Assembly (NCBI GenBank): GCA_036517195.1
Contig: DATDXU010000002.1
Location: 20,635 to 84,634 of the forward strand
Length of the DNA stretch: 64,000 bases
Reading direction: 5' to 3'
From: Minisyncoccota bacterium
Lineage (GTDB): Bacteria; Patescibacteriota; Minisyncoccia; Phycocordibacterales; UBA2100
Shown: positions 8,750 through 18,147 of the stretch, in pieces
Numbering within the stretch: position 1 is the stretch's first letter
How the letters are laid out: each line of letters starts with the position of its first letter
Program-made: the position numbers and the translations under genes
The notes under the pieces: model-generated
The model's input: only the letters and a program-made list of their open reading frames with translations
Database searches by the model: none
Told to the model about the DNA's origin: nothing

Positions 8750-10414
8750 TTATGTGGCGGGTTTTGAACGAATCATGAAACGTTCTATATCTTCATACGT
8801 TCCCCCGACTTTTTTGCCAGGATTGAAGACTCCGTGCGGGTCGCATATGTTTTTAACCTCGGCGAACAATTCCAACATGCGCGGAGAGAACATGAGTGAC
8901 AGATAAGGGGTGCGGATAATGCCGTCGCTGTGTTCTCCCGTGATAGAACCTTTGAAACGCGCGACGAGTTCATATACTTTCGGAGTAAGTTCACGTATCA
9001 CTGTTCTGTGTTCCGGGTTCGAGAGGTCTACCAGTGGAATGATATGGAAATTTGCGTCCCCGATGTGTCCCGCGATGGTGTAGATAATGTTGTATGTTGA
9101 AAGGAGTTTTGTTAACTCCGGCAAAAAACGCGGATAGTCATCTGGGTGCACGATGATGTCGTCTATAAAGGGGGACGCGCGGAGTCCTTTAAAGTTTTTG
9201 CGCAACAACGAGAAACTTTCCCGACGAATTTTCCAGTATTTTTTCGATTCCGTTTTTCCGAATGCTAGGCGCGCCTTGATATTGATATCGTTGAGCAAGT
9301 TTTTGGCGCTACGGGCAGCTTCCTGTGCATCCTCTAAAGAGTTTTCCGCAAATTCTGCAATGAGGACGAGTTTTGGCACGCCACCGGAGAGTGTCATCCA
9401 CACTTCTGGAAGAAATGCGAGCGCCAGCGCGAGCGCTTCTCGAAGCCTCAGGTGTTGCAAAAATTGCCATCCATAGCGCACCGCGAGTTTGAATGTGTGG
9501 TCGTCGTACGATTCGAATGCTTCAGGGTTGAATTTTAAAACACGATGTACTATGTCGGGCAGGGTAGTGAGGTCTTGTAGAAATATGACGAGCATTGCGC
9601 GCGCAGTTTTTGGTTCGACAAGGGCGAATTTCGCTTTCGTAATGAACGCGAGAGTGCCTTGCGAGCCGCAGATGAGTTTCGTGAGGTCAAATGTTTTTTG
9701 TTTCTTATCTATAACATCCCACAAGGCATAGCCGGCGGAATTTTTTGAAACACGCGGACGCGCGGATTCTATTACTTCTTTGTTCGTTTCCAGAAGGGTG
9801 TGCATTTTTCGGTATACCTCTCCTTCGAATGTGTGCAGGGATTTTTTTTGAGCGAGCTCGTGTTCGGTGAGCGGTTTTAATGTTGCAGATGAGCCATCTC
9901 CAAGAACGACATCAAGCTCTTGCACGTAGCGGTCTGTTTTTCCATAGCGGAGAGAAAGTTCACCTCCCGCGTTGTCTGCAATCATGCCCCCCATGGCGCA
10001 TATTTCACGCGACGCGGGGTACGAGGGAAGGATCATACCTGTTTTTTTGAGCACCTCACGCTCAAAGTCTCGGTAGTACATTCCCGGCTCAACAGTTGCC
10101 CCATTGTGACTGGCGTCGAGTAATGTATTCATGTGTTTTGTACAGACGGCGAGAATTGAACTGGTGAGCGGTCCCCCCGTCATATCCGTTCCTCCCGCGC
10201 GCGCTGTTAAAGAAACGGCATGCCCCCGCTCTTTTTCTTTCAGAATAAAACGTACGAGGGCGGCTACATCGGAAGCGTTTTTTGGGAATACCACAACCTC
10301 TGGGGTTTGTTCAAAAATGCTCGTGTCACGACTGTACTTTTTTCGTGTCTCTGTGTCATCGAGCACCTCACCTTCAATCTGTGAGGCAATGTGGTCGCGG
10401 AGGGAAGATGTCAT
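8750..10414 (-). CDS. FAD-linked oxidoreductase (GlcD/D-lactate dehydrogenase-like)
   Basis: RAGGTDMTG, VEPG, GGMIADNAGG, GSQGTL, GHIGDANFH, GEHSDG, FNPGK. Confidence 0.9.
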   Translation of the reverse strand: MTSSLRDHIASQIEGEVLDDTETRKKYSRDTSIFEQTPEVVVFPKNASDVAALVRFILKEKERGHAVSLTARAGGTDMTGGPLTSSILAVCTKHMNTLLDASHNGATVEPGMYYRDFEREVLKKTGMILPSYPASREICAMGGMIADNAGGELSLRYGKTDRYVQELDVVLGDGSSATLKPLTEHELAQKKSLHTFEGEVYRKMHTLLETNKEVIESARPRVSKNSAGYALWDVIDKKQKTFDLTKLICGSQGTLAFITKAKFALVEPKTARAMLVIFLQDLTTLPDIVHRVLKFNPEAFESYDDHTFKLAVRYGWQFLQHLRLREALALALAFLPEVWMTLSGGVPKLVLIAEFAENSLEDAQEAARSAKNLLNDINIKARLAFGKTESKKYWKIRRESFSLLRKNFKGLRASPFIDDIIVHPDDYPRFLPELTKLLSTYNIIYTIAGHIGDANFHIIPLVDLSNPEHRTVIRELTPKVYELVARFKGSITGEHSDGIIRTPYLSLMFSPRMLELFAEVKNICDPHGVFNPGKKVGGTYEDIERFMIRSKPAT

Positions 10415-10509
10415 AGTGATAAGTATATCCCCACACGAACCACATATTCGTTTTCTAAACATTCTTATACCACATCACAAAGGACGGTCTTTTTTGTATG
10501 CAAGTCTGA

Positions 10510-10534
10510 AATAACGACCCCGTAGGTCGTTATT
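10510..10534. repeat. CGACC-core hairpin, copy A
   Basis: AATAACGACC-CCGTA-GGTCGTTATT; related to 11067-11099 and 23232-23264. Confidence 0.6.
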
Positions 10535-10574
10535 GTTGATGGATGGTATCAAGCCGTCGAACCATTACGAATCC

Positions 10575-10603
10575 TTGACAGATTGTATTATAATTTGCAT
10601 AAT
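10575..10603 (+). promoter_or_regulatory. sigma70-type promoter
   Basis: TTGACA-17 bp-CATAAT upstream of the small ORF at 10638. Confidence 0.7.
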
Positions 10604-10637
10604 GTCTTTGGTGGTTCTAAGTTTTGTCATGGAGGAG

Positions 10638-10826
10638 ATGATGAAAGAGTCAACTCGCGGGAAAATTGTCGCAGTGAACGACAACGTCGTGTCCGTGAAA
10701 TTTGGGCGCGACATGTCGAATGAATCGCAGAGAACCGTATTCTATATTCCGCGAGAAGGGGTGGCAGAAATTCTACTAGATGTGTTTCCGGAAGGAATCA
10801 CACCGTCTCTCGCGAATAACAGGTAG
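10638..10826 (+). CDS. Small hypothetical protein (62 aa)
   Basis: SD GGAGGAG, consensus promoter upstream and terminator downstream. Confidence 0.65.
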   Translation: MMKESTRGKIVAVNDNVVSVKFGRDMSNESQRTVFYIPREGVAEILLDVFPEGITPSLANNR

Positions 10827-10839
10827 AACCATATTGGAC

Positions 10840-10866
10840 GCCCCTCTTCGGAGGGGTAATTTTTTT
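10840..10866 (+). terminator. Intrinsic terminator
   Basis: GCCCCTC-TTCG-GAGGGGT followed by a T-run. Confidence 0.8.
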
Positions 10867-11105
10867 ACTCGCGACGTAAGCAAAGCTTTCCGGCAGCGCT
10901 CATTCGGAAGCGGAAAAATTCATTTTTCCGCTTCACTCATTCTCTTGCCGGTAGAGTGAGCGATCCCGCAAGCTTGCGGGGATCCGAGCCCTGCCTGCGG
11001 CAGGCAGGCGAGGAGCGAGAAAGGTACAAGCCATGGGGCTTGCCCCCGCGTACCTTTACCAGTCATCAGGATGAGCGACCTCGTAGGTCGCTCATCCTGC
11101 AAAAA
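10867..11105. repeat. Modular palindromic element (hairpin cluster), copy 2
   Basis: At least five consecutive hairpins, including GAAGCGGAAAAA/TTTTTCCGCTTC, GATCCCGCAAGCTTGCGGGGATC, CCTGCCTGCGGCAGGCAGG (10990-11008) and a 15-bp stem at 11067-11099. Confidence 0.75.
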
Positions 11106-11135
11106 TCTTGAATGCTGATGGGGTAGGGCGTTTTT

Positions 11136-11897
11136 TTATTGAGAACACCGAGTGTTTAGTTTTTTAAGCACGATAATTGTTTCTTCGGGTCCGGAGACCT
11201 GTCGCGTTTGTATCCCCGTTGGAATAACAGCGGCGTCGTTGCCTCCTTCATACAGCGCGTCTCCGATAAACAACATGTCTTTTGTTTCGACACCGAGACG
11301 GTTTGCCAGATAGCGAATGCCGTATGCCTTATCAATGCCTTTTCGCGTCATTTCAACAGTTGTGGTGCCGCCTATATGCACCTCACAGTCGGGCAGCGCT
11401 ACTTGGAGTTTTTTGTGCAAAGGAATCCGTTTTTTCTGGTCTGGGTCCCACGCTTCTTTTTCGACAATCGGCGCGTCAATACCGAGACCCGCAAACGCAA
11501 TTGCGGCACCTCGGTCATCAATACGTGGCCCCCACGAAGGCAACCCTTCCACAATTTTTAAATCCTCAATAATTTTTTGGAGCACGGAGGTGATGTGGGT
11601 GCATTCGCCTCGCGTGAACGCGTGGTTGTATAAGGTTTCATCGGCTCCGCCATTCCACAGATGACACTCCGCGGCGGCATTTGGAAATACATAGAATGAC
11701 GCCGTGTCCGTTTTTGGGAGACGAGACAGGAAATTTTTGTGAAGAATTGGAAACGCGCTCCCAGACATAATTGCCGCTGTTGTTTTGCCCGCAAGTGCTA
11801 TGAACAATTCTGACACCGATGCCTCAATCGGTTGTCGGCTTTTTGAAAGGGTGCCGTCAAAGTCAAACACGACTGCTTTTGGACATGCGTTACCCAT
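11136..11897 (-). CDS. HAD-IIB hydrolase, eukaryote-type phosphomannomutase-like
   Basis: FDFDGTL, IDDRG, WDPD..KR, IGGTTTVEMT, GIDKAYG, FIGDALYEGGND. Confidence 0.88.
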   Translation of the reverse strand: MGNACPKAVVFDFDGTLSKSRQPIEASVSELFIALAGKTTAAIMSGSAFPILHKNFLSRLPKTDTASFYVFPNAAAECHLWNGGADETLYNHAFTRGECTHITSVLQKIIEDLKIVEGLPSWGPRIDDRGAAIAFAGLGIDAPIVEKEAWDPDQKKRIPLHKKLQVALPDCEVHIGGTTTVEMTRKGIDKAYGIRYLANRLGVETKDMLFIGDALYEGGNDAAVIPTGIQTRQVSGPEETIIVLKKLNTRCSQ

Positions 11898-11981
11898 GCA
11901 TACAAATATAGCACCATGTATTCTTTAAAAATTTTGCCCCCGCGTAAGCGGGGGCATGCGTGACTTTTTATAGCGTCGTTT

Positions 11982-12416
11982 CTATTTCTGTGTCTTTCTG
12001 TTTATCCAGCGGTATATAATCACCGCGCCTCCAACGGGATAACCGATTACAGGCATGCTGACAAGAAAAAGAATTCCGAAGTGTTCTTTATCGCCGTATA
12101 TTTGCGCAACAGCCGCTGTAATTACAGAAAAGACAGCGCAGAATACAACGGCGAGTAACACGAACGCCATCTGCCCGTGTGTTGTGCTCATCGCGAACAA
12201 GAGTAGCGGCAGTCCAAGTGAGGGAAGTCCACAGGATGCGATGTATCCACCGTGGGTGTGTGCCAAAATCACTATGCACGCCACGGATACGAACGCCATT
12301 ACACTCGCCACACGTGTCCACACATGCGCGTCTGGCGTTACATAGTCGTACGCGATTCCTCCCGCGAGGTTTTGCAAGAGGAATATTACCAGTCCCACCA
12401 ATCCGATTGCGCCCAC
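11982..12416 (-). CDS. Hypothetical multi-pass membrane protein
   Basis: About five hydrophobic segments; AGGAG 6 nt before the GTG start. Confidence 0.7.
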   Translation of the reverse strand: MGAIGLVGLVIFLLQNLAGGIAYDYVTPDAHVWTRVASVMAFVSVACIVILAHTHGGYIASCGLPSLGLPLLLFAMSTTHGQMAFVLLAVVFCAVFSVITAAVAQIYGDKEHFGILFLVSMPVIGYPVGGAVIIYRWINRKTQK

Positions 12417-12487
12417 GTGTTACTCCTATTCAACCTGTGCCTGCGTGTCATCTTAACAGACGATCTCTTTTACCCCCAGCAAACGCG

Positions 12488-12514
12488 CACCCCAGAGGTC
12501 CGACCTCGGGGGTG
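12488..12514. repeat. REP-like hairpin (AGGT-N3-ACCT core)
   Basis: CACCCCAGAGGT-CCG-ACCTCGGGGGTG. Confidence 0.55.
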
Positions 12515-12614
12515 TCGTCCTTTTTGGGGCGTGTTGACAGGGTTCCGCCACTGGTGTATGGTGATTTTGGAAATAAACCTATGGAAAAGTGCCAAGTGGC
12601 ACAAGGAGCATGAG

Positions 12615-12932
12615 ATGCCGTTGATGCCAGATCCTCCGATGCCGTCCCGCTGGAAAAGGAATGTACAGAAAGATCGCAGTTTGAATTGGAAATCCTGCGA
12701 GTGTGGCTGTCATGGGAGGTCCGCGAAAGTTGGCTCTCGGGAGTATTGGATGGACGAAAACGAAATGCTTAGTGGTCGTTACGTTCTGCACCTTGGCCAC
12801 GGCTGGCTCGCTCCGCGCATGGGAACATACACCTCTTTTGAGGTGGCGAATCAAGAAATCTTGAAAGATGCGAAACCAGAGCTCGAAGTCCTGCGCGCAC
12901 AACTAAGGGAGGCCGAACGAATTCTCGGCTAA
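12615..12932 (+). CDS. Hypothetical protein with CxCxCH motif
   Basis: AAGGAG SD; TTGACA-17-TATGGT promoter near 12534; hairpin terminator at 12955-12982. Confidence 0.65.
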   Translation: MPLMPDPPMPSRWKRNVQKDRSLNWKSCECGCHGRSAKVGSREYWMDENEMLSGRYVLHLGHGWLAPRMGTYTSFEVANQEILKDAKPELEVLRAQLREAERILG

Positions 12933-12980
12933 CACACTCCAAGTCATTTCATTTCCCCGCCACACAAAGGCGGGGTGTTT

Positions 12981-13604
12981 TTATAGTAAAGGAGGTGGCG
13001 GGGGCGTTTGAGTTGCACGGTTATGTTTCCACCACTCATGTAGCAGGGGCATACAACTAACGACAACAATGAGGAGAACAATCAGTATGATGTAGCGCTC
13101 TATGCCCGGCACGACTTCTCCAAGGAAGTACCCCCCAAATGTGAACCCTCCGCCCCAGAGCACTGCTCCCGCAACGTTGTAGAGAAAGAATGTTCTGTAT
13201 TCCATTCCGCCGATACCTGCGAGAATGGGAGCGAATGTGCGCACAATCGGGACAAAGCGGGAAAAAAGAATTGTACGTGTTCCATATTTTTCATAAAAAT
13301 GTTTCGTTTTTTCCAGATATTGCTTTTTGAAAAAACGGGAATCTTCCCGAGCGAATAGTTTTGGCCCTACCCATGCGCCGAACCAATATCCTACAGCGTC
13401 TCCCGCGATTGCCGCAGTTATGATGAGCGGGAGCAGTATCCCTATATTAAAAAATCCTTGTGAGGCGAGAAGTCCTGCCGTAAAAAGGAGAGACGCTCCG
13501 GGCAAGATGGGTGCAAAAAATACTCCGGACTCCGCGAATACGACGGTGAAAATTCCCGTATATCCGATTGCTTGCGCGAGAAGAATAATGTCAATTCCAA
13601 ACAT
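12981..13604 (-). CDS. dedA: DedA/VTT-family membrane protein
   Basis: FAESG..LPG.SLLFTAG, GDAVGYWFG, SRFVPIVRTFAPILAG. Confidence 0.93.
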   Translation of the reverse strand: MFGIDIILLAQAIGYTGIFTVVFAESGVFFAPILPGASLLFTAGLLASQGFFNIGILLPLIITAAIAGDAVGYWFGAWVGPKLFAREDSRFFKKQYLEKTKHFYEKYGTRTILFSRFVPIVRTFAPILAGIGGMEYRTFFLYNVAGAVLWGGGFTFGGYFLGEVVPGIERYIILIVLLIVVVSCMPLLHEWWKHNRATQTPPPPPLL

Positions 13605-13606
13605 AC

Positions 13607-14869
13607 TTATATAAAAGAGTTGGGGATAGGGAACGCTTTGCAGAGTGCCCTCACTTCTTCACGAATATCACCCAATTTTTTGCTGTCAGTGCGATTGTTG
13701 AGTGCCTCCACCATGAGTTCGGCAACACGGGCGCATTCTTTCTCACCGAATCCTCGTGTGGTGATGGCGGGAGTGCCGAATCGGATGCCGGACGGATCCA
13801 TTGGTTTTCTAGTGTCGTCCGCGATTGCGTTTTTGTTGAGCGTGATGCCCACGCGGTCGAGCACTTCCTCTGCCTCTTTGCCGCTGATACTAAGCGAGCT
13901 GAAAACATCCGCAAGTATCAAGTGGTTTGAAGTGCCACCCGTCAGCATGCGTATGTTGTGCTTGTGAAATACGGCTTCCATCGCCTTTGCATTTTTTAGA
14001 ATCTGCGAGGCGTATACCTTGAACGACGGATGGAGAGCTTCTCCAAAACACACAGCGCGCGCGGCGATTGCGTGCATTAAAGGTCCGCCTTGGAATCCGG
14101 GGAACACGGCTTTATCAATTTTCTTCGCTATGTCCTCGTTCTTATGCGTCAAAATCATGCCACCCCTGGGGCCGCGGAGTGTTTTGTGGGTGGTGGTAGT
14201 CATAACATCAAATCCATAGTCAAAAGGATTTTGTACCGCGTGTCCCGCAATAAGGCCCGCAATGTGTGCCACGTCCATAACAGCGTACGCGCCAACTTCG
14301 CGAGCGATTGCAACGAATTTTTTGTAGTCAAGTTCGCGCGGGTATGCGGAGTAGCCAGCGAGAATAATTTTTGGTTTGGTGCGTTTCGCAACAGCGCGCA
14401 TTTCTTCGTAATCAATTTCACCCGTGTCCGGATTTTTCATTTTGTATCGCACAAAAGTGAAAATTTTGGTGAGGTAAGTGACGGGGTGTCCATGAGTTAA
14501 GTGTCCGCCGTGCGAAAGGTCCATTCCCAACACCGTGTCGCCGGGGGAGAGAAGTGCAAAATACATAGCGATGTTTGCGTTGGCACCTGCGTGTGGTTGA
14601 ACATTGGCAAACGAGGCGCTAAAGAGTTTCTTGGCTCGTTCAATTGCAATTGTTTCTACGGCGTCCGTGTATTCTTGACCGCCATAATAGCGTTTGCCCG
14701 GATATCCTTCGGCGTATTTGTTGGTGAGAATTGAGGCAGTTGCTTCTCGGACGGCACGCGACACATAATTTTCAGAAGGAATGAGCTCCAGCCCATCGCG
14801 TTCACGCACCTCTTCTCCCTCAAGCGCTTCAAAAATTTCTCTGTCCTGTTTTTTAATGTGTTCGTACAT
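13607..14869 (-). CDS. glyA: Serine hydroxymethyltransferase
   Basis: LIPSEN, NKYAEGYPGKRYYGG, GGHLTHG, TTTHKTLRGPRGG, FPGFQGGP. Confidence 0.98.
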   Translation of the reverse strand: MYEHIKKQDREIFEALEGEEVRERDGLELIPSENYVSRAVREATASILTNKYAEGYPGKRYYGGQEYTDAVETIAIERAKKLFSASFANVQPHAGANANIAMYFALLSPGDTVLGMDLSHGGHLTHGHPVTYLTKIFTFVRYKMKNPDTGEIDYEEMRAVAKRTKPKIILAGYSAYPRELDYKKFVAIAREVGAYAVMDVAHIAGLIAGHAVQNPFDYGFDVMTTTTHKTLRGPRGGMILTHKNEDIAKKIDKAVFPGFQGGPLMHAIAARAVCFGEALHPSFKVYASQILKNAKAMEAVFHKHNIRMLTGGTSNHLILADVFSSLSISGKEAEEVLDRVGITLNKNAIADDTRKPMDPSGIRFGTPAITTRGFGEKECARVAELMVEALNNRTDSKKLGDIREEVRALCKAFPIPNSFI

Positions 14870-14872
14870 AGG

Positions 14873-15553
14873 TTATATTATTTTTCGTACTGCTCGGTAT
14901 ACCGCTTCGTGTATTGTGTCTCTCGACAGCACACCCCGCGTGTCAAAACAGGTTATTTTTTTCCATTGTGGGTTTTTGCGCAATAGACGCAGTGCGGCGT
15001 TTTGTGCCTCCGCAAGATGTTTTTGGTTTCGCTCCGCGAGGTCAAGAGTTTTTCGCGCGTTGGTGCGTTTTCTGTTGTTCAACAGAGATGTTGAAAGGCG
15101 GACGGGGAGGTGAAGGTAGAGGACGAGAGAGGGGCGAGGAATGCCAAGCGCTCCATGTTCCAGACGGTCGAGCCATGCAAAAAACCGTGCTCGCTCACGA
15201 GGATTTTTAATTTTTCCACCCTGATGCATTTGGTTGGCGCTCACATAGCGGTCCAAGACGACCGTGTATCCGGAAGAGAGCCACTGATCGAGCGGTTTCT
15301 TTGATTCAAAACGGTCCCCGGCGTAGAGAATGGATGCAAGATGGGGGTCGAGTGCGATAAAATTTCCAAACTCCCCAGCAAGGCATCGGCGCAATAGTCT
15401 GCCGAAAAAATTTTTTTCGTACTGCGGAAAGTCCATCGTTTTAACGCGAATCCCTTCTTTTTTGAGCCGTGTCACAAGAAGCTCTGTTTGTGTGCGTTTT
15501 CCGACTCCATCCGAGCCGTCCAAGACAATAAGTTTTCCCTTTTGTTGCACCAT
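14873..15553 (-). CDS. tmk: Thymidylate kinase
   Basis: LDGSDGVGKRTQ P-loop, FPQY, LYAGDR, LDRYVSAN. Confidence 0.9.
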   Translation of the reverse strand: MVQQKGKLIVLDGSDGVGKRTQTELLVTRLKKEGIRVKTMDFPQYEKNFFGRLLRRCLAGEFGNFIALDPHLASILYAGDRFESKKPLDQWLSSGYTVVLDRYVSANQMHQGGKIKNPRERARFFAWLDRLEHGALGIPRPSLVLYLHLPVRLSTSLLNNRKRTNARKTLDLAERNQKHLAEAQNAALRLLRKNPQWKKITCFDTRGVLSRDTIHEAVYRAVRKII

Positions 15554-15643
15554 ATAATTTTTCCAATTGTACTATGCCTTGCGAAAGTTACACACATCAC
15601 GCATTGTGTATCTCAGTTCAAACTGTGGAATTGGGTGGCGGGC

Positions 15644-16069
15644 ATGTCACTGGGCTCTGGTCTTACGCCGAAGGAGAGGGTAAAGAAAGCGTTGCGGTCC
15701 GTTTCTGCTTGTGCACCGAGGGCGGCGGCGGATTTGGATTCTAAACGCAAGAGAACCAAAGTGTTTAAACGCGGATGCGTTCAATACATTCAGTCTCTTG
15801 ACCGTGTTGGGAAAAAGATTGATCGCGAAATCGTGCGTGCCATACGGAAAGGGACATCCGACCTTTTCATTACGGTAGATTTTGAATTACGATTGCTTTT
15901 TGAATTACCGAGCTCGGTCAAATATACGATACCTCCAAGAGTCCAACCGACACTTCAGGAGCGAGTGTTGGGGCGCTGGATAAAGAAGCGTTACAAAGGT
16001 CTTGTGAAGTTTTATCGGAGGAATATTGATGGGGAACAGGTGACTCCAATGCGCATTTCTTGGCATTGA
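15644..16069 (+). CDS. Hypothetical basic protein (paralog of 16120-16539)
   Basis: Collinear similarity to the downstream ORF supports that both are coding. Confidence 0.7.
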   Translation: MSLGSGLTPKERVKKALRSVSACAPRAAADLDSKRKRTKVFKRGCVQYIQSLDRVGKKIDREIVRAIRKGTSDLFITVDFELRLLFELPSSVKYTIPPRVQPTLQERVLGRWIKKRYKGLVKFYRRNIDGEQVTPMRISWH

Positions 16070-16119
16070 ACGCAACGTCCCCTATACTTAGTAGCAGTTG
16101 AATTTTTCGGAGGCGCATA

Positions 16120-16539
16120 ATGACTGACAAGCCACTTACGCCCAAACAGAAGTTAAAGGCAGCTGCCAGCGTCGTTAAGGAGCATCAAGAACAAGAAAGG
16201 CGTGCCAGAAAAAAAATTTTTGAACGGGTATGCGAACAGTACACGAAGCACTTGAATGACAACGCTGATGCAATTGACAACGAGCTTCAGGATTACATCA
16301 AGCGAGTGAGATTTCATATTCAGGTAGGGCGATCCGATATACTGCGGATTCCAGACGCCATTGAAAATCTTCTTGTGGGCACTGGAGTGAGGAAGGGGGA
16401 GGTATACAAAAGAGTTTTGGATCCATGGGTGAAGAGTCGTTATGAGGGGAGTGTCGAATTTCGCACACCCTCGCTTGACACACTCGGGGATATGCCAGAG
16501 CTTGTATTGAAAACGGACATCATGAATGGGGCGCGCTAA
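16120..16539 (+). CDS. Hypothetical protein (paralog of 15644-16069)
   Basis: GGAGG SD; similarity to the upstream ORF. Confidence 0.75.
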   Translation: MTDKPLTPKQKLKAAASVVKEHQEQERRARKKIFERVCEQYTKHLNDNADAIDNELQDYIKRVRFHIQVGRSDILRIPDAIENLLVGTGVRKGEVYKRVLDPWVKSRYEGSVEFRTPSLDTLGDMPELVLKTDIMNGAR

Positions 16540-16615
16540 CGGGTGCGCCTCTTTCTTTTTACTATCCACAGGAAGAGGCATCCGTATGCTCTTTGCGCGG
16601 GAGGATAATGAGGAT

Positions 16616-17293
16616 ATGGCACTTTCGGATAGAAAAGTTCTTGCGAGCATGGACGATGGGTCTATCGTCATTGAACCGTTTGATAGGAGGAATCTTTCAA
16701 CATCAAGTTACGATGTAACGCTCGGCGAATATTATTTTACCGAGCAACACCCGAAACATTTTGAAAATTTATACAATATTTACGACAAATCACACGTGGA
16801 AAGGGTGTGGGGGACGGAGGCGCGCCGAGCGAAGAAGGCGGAGGAAGTATTGAAGAGATACACCATGAACTGGCGGGGCATTACGCCAGAGGAAAAGATA
16901 ATCTTGCTTGCTCCGGGGGAGACGATTTTGGCTCACACAAACGAATTTATCGGCGGGCGCGAGCACATAACGACGATGATGAAGGCGCGCTCATCTTTAG
17001 GGCGCAGTTTTATTTCTGTGTGCAAGTGCGCGGGGTGGGGGGACGTGGGGTACATCAACCGCTGGACCATGGAAATTAGTAATGTGTCCACACGCTACTA
17101 CATTCCGCTCGTTGTGGGGCGGCGTATTGCGCAAATTGTTTTTTTTGAAACTGGTCCAATTATGAATGCCGATTACGGAAAGAGTGGTAAATATCAATCT
17201 GAAGGAACGCTCGCGCAGGTGAAAAAAGAGTGGGTTCCCACCCTCATGCTTCCGCGCCTCTACCTTGACCGTGACATTAAGAAGAAAAAATAA
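16616..17293 (+). CDS. dcd: dCTP deaminase (trimeric dUTPase superfamily)
   Basis: MALSD, SSYDVTLG, ARSSLGR, AGWGDVGY, TMEI, RIAQIVF. Confidence 0.9.
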   Translation: MALSDRKVLASMDDGSIVIEPFDRRNLSTSSYDVTLGEYYFTEQHPKHFENLYNIYDKSHVERVWGTEARRAKKAEEVLKRYTMNWRGITPEEKIILLAPGETILAHTNEFIGGREHITTMMKARSSLGRSFISVCKCAGWGDVGYINRWTMEISNVSTRYYIPLVVGRRIAQIVFFETGPIMNADYGKSGKYQSEGTLAQVKKEWVPTLMLPRLYLDRDIKKKK

Positions 17294-17314
17294 CACAGGG
17301 CTCAACTGCGTTGT

Positions 17315-18145
17315 ATGAATGTATATAACAATGTACTTCGGAAAATCATGGATGAGGGCATTGACCGAGAGGGGAGGAATGGTCAGACGCGGGCGATTTT
17401 TGCCCACCAAATACGTTTTAATCTTGATGATGGGTTTCCGGCCGTTACCACAAAAAAACTCGCCTTTTCTGTTGTAAAAGCGGAATTGCTCTGGTTTCTT
17501 GAAGGATCAAGCGACGATAATCGACTAAAAGAACTCTTGGGCGGTGCTAAGAAAACAATTTGGACGGATAATGCACACTCCTCATATTGGAAGCCAAAAG
17601 CCGCTTTTGAGGGCGATCTCGGGCGCATTTACGGCGTGCAGTGGCGCACGTGGAAAACAGCAGACGGGGAAGAGGTGGATCAACTGAGTTCTGTCATAGA
17701 AAAATTGAAACACAACCCGACCGACAGGCGACTTGTTGTGTCTGCGTGGAACCCGGGGGAGCTTGAGCAGATGGCGCTCCCGCCATGCCACATGCTGTTC
17801 CAGTTTTTTGTTGCGAATGGAAAACTCTCGATTCATATGATTCAGAGAAGTTGTGATCTTTTTTTGGGGGTTCCATTTAATATCGCTTCGTACGCCCTAC
17901 TTCTTTCTATGGTTGCTCATGTTACCAATCTCAAACCTCACGAGTGTATTTTGACCCTGAACGATGCACACATCTACCACGACCATTTTGAGCAAGTAAA
18001 AGAACAACTGGGGCGAACCCCACTTCCCCCGCCTCGCCTGTGGCTCAATCCGGATATACACGGTATAGATGATTTTGGTATGGACGATATACGACTGGAG
18101 AACTACCAAAGTCATCCTGCGATTCCGGCAAAAATGCTCGTGTAA
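17315..18145 (+). CDS. thyA: Thymidylate synthase
   Basis: ELLWFL, YGVQWR, SAWNP, ALPPCH, QRSCD, GVPFNIASY, HIY. Confidence 0.98.
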   Translation: MNVYNNVLRKIMDEGIDREGRNGQTRAIFAHQIRFNLDDGFPAVTTKKLAFSVVKAELLWFLEGSSDDNRLKELLGGAKKTIWTDNAHSSYWKPKAAFEGDLGRIYGVQWRTWKTADGEEVDQLSSVIEKLKHNPTDRRLVVSAWNPGELEQMALPPCHMLFQFFVANGKLSIHMIQRSCDLFLGVPFNIASYALLLSMVAHVTNLKPHECILTLNDAHIYHDHFEQVKEQLGRTPLPPPRLWLNPDIHGIDDFGMDDIRLENYQSHPAIPAKMLV

Positions 18146-18147
18146 GT

